Origin: Terriglobia bacterium
GTDB lineage: Bacteria; Acidobacteriota; Terriglobia; 20CM-2-55-15
DNA length: 21,560 bases
Direction of reading: 5' to 3'
NCBI GenBank assembly: GCA_965218585.1
Contig: CBDCLE010000021.1
Coordinates: 1-21,560, forward strand
The translations under genes were made by a program, and so were the position numbers. This document shows positions 1 through 8,606 of the stretch, one piece after another (within the stretch, counting starts at the first letter, position 1; each line of letters opens with the position of its first letter). Below the pieces are notes generated by a model. The model made no database searches, had not been told where the DNA came from, and worked only from the letters and a program-made list of their open reading frames with translations.

Positions 1-388
1 GACAATCGTCATCGGCTTTGCGCGGCAGATAATCCAATGCGTTTCTCAGAAAGTGGACGTAGCAGCGTTGCCAGATCGCTTCGGGCAGGACTTCTGCGAT
101 GGCTTTCTTCAACCCGGCATGATCGTCGGTCACCACGAACTCCACGCCGCACAAGCCGCGCAGCTCCAGCTTGCCCACCCGCGTGACCAGGTCCCGCCCG
201 TAATAGCCACTCCGATATCCGGTCCGCCCCGCCGTTCGTTCACTCTTGGCCGCGGCCACAACCTGCTCCATCTCCCCCTCGAGAATTTCCTAAACCACCT
301 CCTGCACGACGCTTTTCAGCAGATCCTTTTCCTCTCCTAACAGTTCTTTCCAATCCACTCCCTTTCGCTTAATCTTAGTTCGGGCCAT
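1..388 (-). pseudogene. IS256-family (Mutator-type) DDE transposase pseudogene: in-frame stop plus large in-frame internal deletion
   Basis: Manual translation: MARTKIKRKGVDWKELLGEEKDLLKSVVQEVV*EILEGEMEQVVAAAKSERTAGRTGYRSGYYGRDLVTRVGKLEL|RGLCGVEFVVTDDHAGLKKAIAEVLPEAIWQRCYVHFLRNALDYLPRKADDDC. It carries the IS256 motifs GYRSGYY..L.TRVGKLEL and SD/TDDH.GL..AI..V.P...WQRC..HF.RN. TAG at 292-290. Not present in the ORF track. Confidence 0.88.
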
Positions 389-492
389 CGGTTCATCTCC
401 TTCGTTTCAAAGTTGTTGGTTACCAACTTTTCGGAGATACCCTGGCCCCTTCCTATTTCAGGGCCTTTTTGCAGAAACTCTGAAACATAACC
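1..492 (-). mobile_element. IS256-family insertion sequence remnant (left part; continues beyond window start)
   Basis: Minus-strand transposase from ATG 388 with AAGGAG RBS. Probable terminal IR reads GGTTATGTTTCAGAGTTTCTGCAAAAA (492-466). The partner IR is outside the window, so the boundary is inferred. Confidence 0.8.
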
Positions 493-531
493 GTGGTCGG
501 GATTGGTGGTCGGGATTGATGGAGGGGGATG
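493..531. repeat. 13-bp tandem repeat abutting the IS end
   Basis: GTGGTCGGGATTG at 493-505 and 506-518, with a degenerate third unit ATGGAGGGGGATG at 519-531. Confidence 0.75.
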
Positions 532-637
532 TGTGACCTCGCTGACACTTGGGTTGTAACCCTTTGAGTGCGAGTTTCGTATTCCTTCACATGGGCCAAG
601 CTATGGCCTGTCATAAGAAACAACAAGGAACAAAAAA

Positions 638-1005
638 ATGGCAGTAAATAGAGTACCCACTTCGTTGGGCGGCAACGCGACAGGGACGTCGGCAGCGGGT
701 TTGGATTCGACTGGGGTAAGCAATCGGATGGCGGACGAACGGACGCTTCAGGACGTCGAGGCGAGGCTATCTCGAATCGAAGGACAAGTTCGGGGAATTC
801 GGAACATGAATTCCGAAGGACGTCTGTGCGTTGACATAGTGACGCAGGTTGCCGCAGTTCGAGCTGCTTTGAAGAAGGTAGCCGACGTGATGGTCGCTGA
901 CCATGTACAGCAATGGCTCGGCGATGCCGCCTCAAATCCCGGTACACGGGGGGAGCAAGACGTCGAAGAGCTACTGAAGGTATTCACAACCAATACTACC
1001 GTTAG
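638..1005 (+). CDS. CsoR/RcnR-family metal/ligand-sensing transcriptional repressor (frameshift near 985-990; alternative start ATG 728)
   Basis: RLSRIEGQVRGI..M..EGRLCVDIVTQVAAVRAAL.KVA..MVADHV is the family signature. Shifting frame at TTCACAACCAA gives a normal ending ...ELLKVF(T)NQYYR* with TAG at 1003-1005, followed by a terminator. The 638..1198 ORF runs through that terminator into rne. Confidence 0.8.
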
Positions 1006-1059
1006 CCGCCCCAGCACGCGGCACCGGCTTCGGACAGCCACAATCCCTCCCTCATCCGG

Positions 1060-1081
1060 AAGGGATCAAGATCCCTTTTTT
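1060..1081 (+). terminator. Intrinsic terminator downstream of the csoR-like gene
   Basis: AAGGGAT-CAAG-ATCCCTT hairpin followed by a T run (1076-1081), between convergent genes. Confidence 0.7.
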
Positions 1082-1112
1082 CCAAAACCCAATCGCATCC
1101 GTCGACCACAGG

Positions 1113-3432
1113 TCAGTAAATATCGAAACGCTCGGCAACGAGAGCCGGATCTCCCTGAATTCGGATATCCTTCTTGCTCTCTTCTTCCAATTCCGTGAAA
1201 TCTACGAATTCTCCGCTCTTGAGTGCCTTGGCAACATCCGGACTGACCCGGAGCGTTAATTCGTCGCCTTCGGTCTGACCCAGCATCTTCTTGACCTCCT
1301 GCTGGATTTCGTAGCACACCGTCTCAACGGCTTTAACGAAGCCGGCACCGCCGCACCTGGGACAGGAAGTCCCCATGATCCTTTCCAGCGATGGCTGTGT
1401 CCGCTTACGGGTTATGGCCACCAGACCAAAATCGTTGAACTGCAGGATCTTTGACGGAGACCGATCCTTCCTCAACTCCTCTTCAAGAGCCTGCATCACC
1501 CGCTGTCGGCTCTTTCTCTCCTCCATGTCGATGAAATCTACAACGATAATCCCGCCCAGATTCCGCAGACGGACCTGCCGCACGATCTCATGGACAGCGT
1601 CCATATTGGTTCGAACAATGGTGTCCTCGAGACGGTTGGATTTTCCAACGAATTTCCCGGTATTGACGTCGATCGCGACCAAGGCCTCGGTCTGGTTGAC
1701 GACGATGTAACCACCAGATTTGAGCCAGACCTTGGAGCGCATTGCCTTGTCGATCTCCTGCTGGAGGCCGTGCTCTTCGAAGATTGCGTTTTCCCTTAAA
1801 TGCAGTCGGACGCGATTCACCAGCGACGGCTGGAAGCGGCTGACAAATTCCAGGACCTTCGTGTATTCCACTTCATTGTCGAGACGGATAGCTTTGAATT
1901 CTTCTGAGAGCTGGTCCCTCAGGACCCGCTGGACCAGGTTCAGGTCGCTATGAATCACAGCAGGTGCACTGGTCTTGTCACTCTTTTCGCGAAGCTCGCC
2001 CCACAAATCGGCAAGGAAACGAAGGTCCTGAATAAATTCCTTCTCGTCACGGCCTTCAGCAGCCGTTCGAACGATAAACCCTCCTGGCAGCCCTTCACGA
2101 TTCTCTGAGATGATCTTCCTGAGACGCGCTCGTTCGTCCTCGGAGGCGATCTTTCTGGACACTCCGACGTGATCTACCGTCGGCATGTAAACCAGGTAAC
2201 GGCCTGGCAAGGCGATATGCGAGGTAATCCGTGCCCCTTTCTTCCCGAGCGGTTCCTTCGAAACCTGGACGCCGATCTCCTGGCCTTCCTTTAACAGATC
2301 GGAGATGGTAGGCGACTTGGATGAACCGGAGCGACCGGATTCCGTTTTCGCCGGAGCTCTCCGCCTCGGCCGGCGGAGGGGCGGCTTCCTGGAAAACAGG
2401 CCGTTCTTGGGTCGGTCCGATATGCGGGCCTTCTGTTTTCCTTCTTCGCTGGATTCGTCATCGTCGGAATCCTCGGTAGAGCCCTCATCCCCAGCATCAT
2501 TCCCGACCTCAGAGCTATTTTCCAGAGCCTGGGAGGGCGCGGATTCGTTCACCGCGTCATCACCCGCCGCTTCTGGGGAAGTGACCAAGTTTCCAGATGC
2601 AGTCTCATCAGCGTTTTCGGATGCAGCCTCGTCAGCGTCTTCTTCTAAAGGCGCCTCCTGATCGGCAGACGCCGTTCGGGCTTCTCGGAGGTCCTCTTCG
2701 AGTATGTGCTGATCTTGGGTCTCCTCGATGGTCTGGTCGAGTTTCTGTTCCTGTTCTGCCTTCTCCTCGGCGGAGTCGGTTGGGGCGGCGGGTTGATCCC
2801 GGTACTTGGCAAGCGACTCTCCGGGAAGCGGGGCCAGACCACCGTAGCCGGATTCGTCAGGCCTGGACTCGAAGGTTGACACTCGCGGCTTCCGCTCGCG
2901 CCTCTCAGGGCGCCTTCTCGGACCGCGTTTTTTCGGGCTCTCTGGATGGCAATTCGGTTTCGGACGCGGCCTCGGGGGCCACGACCGTCGGCTCTTCTTT
3001 TTCAGCTGAAGTTCTTTCCCTGGGCGGCTCTTTCTGCTTCTCTCTTGGCTTCTCTCTTGGCTTTTCTCGTGGCTTTTCTCGTATCGGGAGCTTCTCGCTC
3101 CGCGGGGCGCGGGAGGAGCGAGCCGAGCTTGACCGACGCGGTGAGTCGCCGTCTTTCAGTGCTTCGTCTTCAGCCGAAGATACAATCCGATCGTACTCGT
3201 CCGTATCTTCGAAAAAGTCCGAAACGTAAAGGAAGGCGTCGCGTTCCAGCCCAATGTCCACAAAAGCGGACTGCATCCCGGGAAGGACCTTCGTAACACG
3301 TCCTTTGTATATGTTTCCCGCGATGCCCTGCGCCCGATGGCGCTCGATCAGGAACTCAACAAGTTCGTCGTCTTCAAGAACTGCAACTCGTGTTTCTTGG
3401 GGAATAGTGGAAATGATCAGTTCTTTCCGCAT
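1113..3432 (-). CDS. rne: Ribonuclease E/G (Rne/Rng family) with a long low-complexity insertion in the S1 domain; split by one +1 indel at about 2908-2933
   Basis: N-terminus MRKELII..ETRVAVLED..GNIYKGRVTKVLPGMQSAFVDIG (ATG 3432, AGGAG RBS). Downstream ORF has QVSKEPLGKKGARITSHIALPGRYLV, AIDVNTG, RLRNLGGIIVVDFIDM and the Zn-link CPRCGG. The two ORFs are in different frames and join by removing one base. Confidence 0.93.
3037..3084 (-). repeat. 12-bp coding tandem repeat (4 units) giving REKP-REKP-REKP-REKQ in the Rne insertion
   Basis: CTTCTCTCTTGG twice, then CTTTTCTCGTGG and CTTTTCTCGTAT on the + strand. Confidence 0.85.
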
Positions 3433-4089
3433 CAATGCTCCTACGCCCTGGGTTATCGGCACAGAGGGGTATTCCTCGACGCGGATGCGCGAGCACGCAC
3501 ACTCGAAGTGTCATGGAAACTCCTGGCCCGGAGGAGCCGTCCCGGCCGTTCGAACCGGCTATACGTCGATCCACCTCAAGAGGCTGGAGAGATTTTTCAA
3601 GGTGTCTGGAACCGCTGCTGGCGATCTCCGCACAGGTCAGGATTCGGCGGCGCCCCGCCGCACTCTTGGTCGGCCTAAGAAGCGCCTTCGATGCACCTCG
3701 GGAACTTCCATCGCGAAACGCGCTATGGAAAGCTCTCTCCGATCGAACCAACGCCGATCGAACAACGCGAGTCACAGCTCAACTCATACGCCGTAACGTC
3801 ACGGGCAAAAACTTCTTTAAAAACTCTAGTCGGATGGTGAAAGATCTATCTCAATCCAGGATCTTCCCACCCATCTCGACCGACAAGCGTGCGCTTTCCA
3901 GCCAACACGCTCGCAACAACAAAAACCTGGGGCCGCAGTATCGGTCGCTTCTCCAAAACAATCTCTGTTCGGGGAAGGGTTTCACCAGAACCACGGTTGT
4001 CATTTCCGGAGGCTCAAAGCTCCGGCTGTTTTACGTCTCTTCAGTCCTTAGGAAACTATCAGATCTCCGGGAAGCCGGTTACTTCTATG

Positions 4090-4155
4090 ACTAAAGCCGC
4101 AGGCGCTTATAACTAAAGCCGCAGGCGCTTATTGCTAGAGCCGCGGGCGCTCATG
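4090..4155. repeat. 22-bp tandem repeat, 3 units, each with an internal inverted repeat
   Basis: ACTAAAGCCGCAGGCGCTTATA / ACTAAAGCCGCAGGCGCTTATT / GCTAGAGCCGCGGGCGCTCATG. The core is AAGC-N7-GCTT, and GAGC-N7-GCTC in unit 3. Confidence 0.85.
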
Positions 4156-4233
4156 CCAGGCACTAACTGCTTATACAAAAGGTGCTTAGGGTTAGTTGTT
4201 TGCCCAATAAAACCGTCTCTCTTCCCAGCCGAG

Positions 4234-4242
4234 ACTATAGCA
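4234..4242 (-). promoter_or_regulatory. Putative extended -10 promoter for rne
   Basis: Minus strand TGC-TATAGT immediately after the rodA stop; no good -35. Confidence 0.4.
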
Positions 4243-4247
4243 CGAAA

Positions 4248-5348
4248 CTAGTTAACGTAACGGCAGCGCCGCACGCTAACAACCAATCCAAGTCCGATGA
4301 ATGCGGTTAGAACTGAAGATCCTCCATAGCTCATGAACGGCAACGGAATACCGGTGATGGGCATAAATCCGATCACCATACCGACATTCACCAGCATGTG
4401 AAACACGAACATCCCTCCGACACCCAGGACGACAAACAATCCCAGGGTATCTCCGGGCATGAACGTCAACGAAAGTGTTCTGAGCACAAACGCCAACAAG
4501 AGCGCAAGCGTAACCAACACGCCTACAAATCCCATTTCTTCAGCGACTACCGAAAAAATAAAATCCGTATGCCTCGTCGGCAAGAACCCCAACCGGTTCT
4601 GACTTCCTTCAAAAAGCCCCGTTCCCCACAGCCCACCGGCTCCGATCGCGATCTTCGACTGGATAACCTGGTATCCGCTGCCCAGTGGATCGCTTTCCGG
4701 TTGCAAAAAAGTTAGGATTCGATCCTTCTGGTAATCCTTCAAAGCCACCCACGTCACCGGCAAAAGAAGGATCACGATCAACACGCAGGAAATCAACGTG
4801 GCAGGGCGCACGCCGCGGACGAACAATCCGAAAGCGAGGATCGGCACAAAGGTCAACGCCGTTCCCAGATCGGGCTGCGCCGCGACCAGAAGGACCGGCA
4901 CACCACAAATCGCCACAGCCCCGAGAATCTGGGGCAGGGTCAGATATTTCTTTTGAATTTCCGAAAGAAAGCGAGCAAGCGCAACGACTACCACCAGCTT
5001 TGCCAATTCGGACGGTTGTAGGCCGAACCCTCCAATCCCGAACCAACTGCGCGAACCAGCCACTGAGTTACCGAATAAGAGCACGCCCCCCAGCAGACAT
5101 AGAGCTCCCACATATATCAACGGAATATGCTCGGCGAGGACATGATAATCGATCGAGGCAACGACGAAGCAGATCCCGATGCCTGCTAACACCCATACCA
5201 ATTGACGCAGGAAAAAGCTCCCGGAATCCATGTTGAGTGTGGAGCTGTAGATCTCGATCAGTCCGATCGCGCTTAGTGCGATAGCGACGGAAAGCAGAAA
5301 CCAGTCGAACTCCTGCCAGAACCGTTTACTTGTCAGAGCGTCTATCAT
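4248..5348 (-). CDS. rodA: Rod shape-determining SEDS peptidoglycan polymerase RodA
   Basis: Multi-TM protein with LQPSELAK, QPDLGTA, GYQVIQSKIAIGAGG, HTDFIFSV and GIPLPFMSYGGSS. ATGA overlap with the mrdA stop. Confidence 0.97.
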   Translation of the reverse strand: MIDALTSKRFWQEFDWFLLSVAIALSAIGLIEIYSSTLNMDSGSFFLRQLVWVLAGIGICFVVASIDYHVLAEHIPLIYVGALCLLGGVLLFGNSVAGSRSWFGIGGFGLQPSELAKLVVVVALARFLSEIQKKYLTLPQILGAVAICGVPVLLVAAQPDLGTALTFVPILAFGLFVRGVRPATLISCVLIVILLLPVTWVALKDYQKDRILTFLQPESDPLGSGYQVIQSKIAIGAGGLWGTGLFEGSQNRLGFLPTRHTDFIFSVVAEEMGFVGVLVTLALLLAFVLRTLSLTFMPGDTLGLFVVLGVGGMFVFHMLVNVGMVIGFMPITGIPLPFMSYGGSSVLTAFIGLGLVVSVRRCRYVN

Positions 5349-7213
5349 CGTGCGCTCAAGGGTTCCCCCCTCGAAGGTTCACGACCGAGTTGCGCCATCT
5401 CGTTGAGGTCTGTTTCGGTGAAAAGTCCCACTTTCTTATCAAAATAGACCTGCATGACGGCCTGAGCGACCGGTGCTGCTGCCAACCCACCGCCGCCACC
5501 ATTCTCAACGAACACACCAACGACAATTTCCGGATCATCGTACGGAGCAAAACCCACAAACCAGGCGTGATCTTCCAGGCCCTCACCCTCTCCCTCGAAA
5601 TCCTTGGCCACAACCTGAGCCGTACCTGTCTTTCCGCCGACTTCGAAACCCCTGACACGGGCCCGGGTTCCGGTTCCGAGTTGGTTGACGGCGCCCCACA
5701 GGGCCTGCCTCACGGTTTCGACGGTCTCCTCACCGACTGAATATTCTTCTCTCCGGATGTCCGGCGTCCGAATGCCAAGTGGCTGAACGAATTCCGGATC
5801 GACCAGGTGCGGCTGGACCAGCTCTCCACCGACGAACAGGCCACCCACTGCCCACGCCAACTGCAACGGCGTCACGCTTATCGGCCCCTGGCCGATGCTG
5901 ACCGATATTGTTTCACCCGGAAACCATCGTGTGTCGGAAGTGCGCCTCTTCCATTCCTCGGACGGAACCAAACCCGCGTCTTCCCCAGGCAGATCGATGC
6001 CGGTCTTGCGGCCTAATCCCATGGTCGAGGCGTATCGTGAAATACGCTCGATCCCCAGCCTGTCGCCCACGTTGTAGAAAAAGACATTGCAGGAATGGAC
6101 GAGAGCATCGTGAACGCTCATGTCTCCGTGGCCGGTGTGCCCGCAATCGAAGCGGTTGCCGTAGAAGACCGAATGCCCTGGACAAAACACCGCTTCCTCA
6201 AACCCGATCTCTTCTTCCTCCAGTCCCGCTGCCGCCATGAAGATCTTGAAGACCGAACCGGGTGAGTATCTGTTCTGGATCGCTCTGTCTGTAGCGGCTT
6301 TCGTGGATCCGAGAGAAGCGCATTCCACTCATTCTGCCGAATCCCTTGAGCGAACAATGTGGGATCAAATGCGGGGCGGCTTGCCAGAGCGAGCACTTCG
6401 CCGGTTCGGGGAATGAGCGCGACGGCAACACCGGTCCGCTCGCCCAGCGCCTCCTCGGCAGCAAGCTGTAAATCAAGGTCGAGGGTGGTAACCAGATCGT
6501 TGCCCGGAATCGGCCGTGCTTCACCCAGAAGCCCCATTTCACGGCCGAAGTTGTTGACGATCACACGGCGAATCCCGTCTTCACCCTGCAGGAATCGATC
6601 GTACTGACGTTCCAAACCCGACTGACCCACCACATCGCCGGATTCAATCTCGCCAAATTCGTCGCCATCGAGTTGGACCTGCGTGATTTCTCCAACGTAA
6701 CCGATCAGGTGAGCCGCAACTTCCCCTCTCTCGTATCTACGCCGCGGGCTCAACTCCAAACTGATCTCCGAGAGCTCGTACCTACGTGCTTCGACGAAAG
6801 CCACTTCGTCAGGAGACAGATCTTCCGCCAGCAGGATCGGTTCGTATTCCGGTTCCTCCAGGTACGGTTCGATTCGTCTGAGCAACTCCTCGGCGCTAAG
6901 GTCGATCCCAGGAGAGAGCAGATCGATCGTCTCCTCGACGCTTCGCAGACTGTTCTCCCGGGTCAGGATCAGATTGAACGTGGGACGACTGTCGGCAACG
7001 ACTCGTTTTTCCCGATCGTAGATGCGGCCTCTCGGGGCGGCGAGAGGTATGTCCCGGATGCGGTTCCGCTCTGCCAGTTGCGTGTAATAGGGGGATTGGG
7101 CGATCTGATGGTTCCAAAAGCCAAAACGCGAGGATGCCGAACGCGACAAGGACCAATCCGCAGATGATTATGACTCGCGAATTTAAGAGTTCGAGTTCGT
7201 CACGCTGAAGCAT
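5345..7213 (-). CDS. mrdA: Penicillin-binding protein 2 (class B PBP), broken into three ORFs by two single-base indels (about 7123-7126 and about 6289)
   Basis: N-terminal TM anchor, APRGRIYDR dimerisation domain, and catalytic motifs SVFK, SCN and KTGT. Removing one T restores ILAFGFWNHQ and adding one A restores KPLQNRAIQ. It lies between mreD and rodA. Confidence 0.95.
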
Positions 7214-7721
7214 GGCCGAAGCGGCTCCGAAAGCTAAGAAGAATCAGACCGAACAAAGCGTTAAAGACAGCAGAAAGGACCCAGAATCCCAGGCTCGGCC
7301 CGAGGAACTCCGAAGAGCCCGGACGCACCAAAAGACTCAACAATCCCTTTAACGTCAAGTCGAGAAACGTAAACAAAATCAAAGCCAGAACACGTGTGAT
7401 CGGCTGTTCTACGTCGAACTTCGAACCTGCAGAAGCAGCCAGAAAGCCGATCAAAGTCTTGCTGAACCCGTTCATCCCGAGAGCTGCACCCGACAACGAG
7501 TCCTGCATCAGCCCCAGAACGCTACCCATTGCTATGGATCCAGCCGGGTTCGCCAGGGTGAAACCATAATATACAGAGTAGATTAGGGGTAAATCAAAAT
7601 AGCCGAATACCCGGAATTTCAGCGACAGTATACCTTGGGCGACGACGATCGAAACAAGGATAAGCGCAAATTTTGCGAGGGTTCGGAAAGCCCCGTAACG
7701 GTTCATTAATGCATGATCCAT
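7200..7721 (-). CDS. mreD: Rod shape-determining protein MreD (alternative start 7706)
   Basis: Small multi-TM protein with DLPLI...GLMQDSLSG..LGMNGFSKTLIGF; position between mreC and mrdA. Confidence 0.92.
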   Translation of the reverse strand: MDHALMNRYGAFRTLAKFALILVSIVVAQGILSLKFRVFGYFDLPLIYSVYYGFTLANPAGSIAMGSVLGLMQDSLSGAALGMNGFSKTLIGFLAASAGSKFDVEQPITRVLALILFTFLDLTLKGLLSLLVRPGSSEFLGPSLGFWVLSAVFNALFGLILLSFRSRFGHASA

Positions 7722-7733
7722 GGGGGAGACTCG

Positions 7734-8606
7734 TCAGGGAGTTCGAAATCCGGGTACGACTACGCCTTCCAATTCATCCCGCAGCTGGGTCGTTCCGGCA
7801 GTGGCAATGAGACACAAGACCTCTTCGAGCCGGCTCAGATCCGCAGCAGGATCCACTCGGGCCGTCTTCATGAGGGCCCTGTCAGGACCGTTGGCTGCCA
7901 CAATCCCGAGCGGCAAACCCTTCGGATAGATCTGATCGGTTCCTGAAGTAATCAGTTCCTCTCCGGGCAAGAGATCGATGTGCTCGTCGATGTGTTCCAG
8001 TTCCAGGTAACGGGAACCGTCTCCGCGGACCAGGCCCTGGAGCCGGCTCGACTGCGCGATAACGCCAACGGCGCTCTCGGGATCGGACACCAGTTGCACG
8101 ATCGACGAGAAACGCCCGGTATGAATTACCCGGCCGACGACACCGTCGGGGGTCACAACCGGGGCGTTGTTGTGCAGGCCATGCGAGGCTCCCCGGTCGA
8201 TGGTGACAGTCTGCCGGGAGGTCGTCGTGTCCTGTCCGATCACCCGCGCAACGACACGTTCTGCATTTACCAGGGGCTCCAGATCCAACAGGCGGCGCAG
8301 GCGTGCCGCCTCACCTACTTCCTCACGATTCTGATCCATTTCCATGCGCAACTCCGAGAGCTCGGCCTCGAGACGTTCGTTCTCGCGGCGGGTGTCCAGA
8401 AGTGCGAAATAGTTACTCCAGAGGGACCCGATTCCATAGAAGGTCACATCAAACAATTTCTCGATCGGAGTCAGCCCATCGAGGATAAGCGAGCGAACGA
8501 TGCCAGTTTCATTCGCCCCACCAGCCGGCAGGGTCACCATCAACGTGTGCCCGAACAGAACAGCGAAGAGCACGATCCAAACGGTTCTCTTGGGTCCGGA
8601 TTTCAT
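7734..8606 (-). CDS. mreC: Rod shape-determining protein MreC
   Basis: TM segment, coiled coil (ENERLEAEL..RLRRLL), then IDRGASHG, GVVGRV, LITSGTDQIYPKGLPLG. Confidence 0.96.
   Translation of the reverse strand: MKSGPKRTVWIVLFAVLFGHTLMVTLPAGGANETGIVRSLILDGLTPIEKLFDVTFYGIGSLWSNYFALLDTRRENERLEAELSELRMEMDQNREEVGEAARLRRLLDLEPLVNAERVVARVIGQDTTTSRQTVTIDRGASHGLHNNAPVVTPDGVVGRVIHTGRFSSIVQLVSDPESAVGVIAQSSRLQGLVRGDGSRYLELEHIDEHIDLLPGEELITSGTDQIYPKGLPLGIVAANGPDRALMKTARVDPAADLSRLEEVLCLIATAGTTQLRDELEGVVVPGFRTP

Noticed and set aside
53-340. 95-aa + strand ORF (MDVAALPDRFGQD...)
   Set aside because: It is the antisense shadow of the IS256 transposase pseudogene.
1006-1198. C-terminal extension of the CsoR-like ORF
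   Set aside because: It runs through a terminator and overlaps the rne 3' end. A one-base indel near 988 explains it.
2883-2933. TGA readthrough, selenocysteine, a two-gene RNase E or programmed frameshifting in rne
   Set aside because: The downstream ORF is in another frame, and the readthrough frame soon hits another TGA. The other homopolymer indels nearby make sequencing error more parsimonious.
3254-4116. ORFs in the rne-rodA gap (e.g. 3435..4094, 3374..3775)
   Set aside because: No recognisable domain, composition typical of non-coding frames, and no convincing RBS.
4090-4155. CRISPR array or plasmid iterons
   Set aside because: No spacers and no cas genes. No rep gene or DnaA-box cluster, and the context is core chromosome.
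5345-7213. Genuine mrdA pseudogene or loss of rod shape
   Set aside because: All catalytic motifs are retained, partner genes are intact, and both breaks are single-base homopolymer indels.
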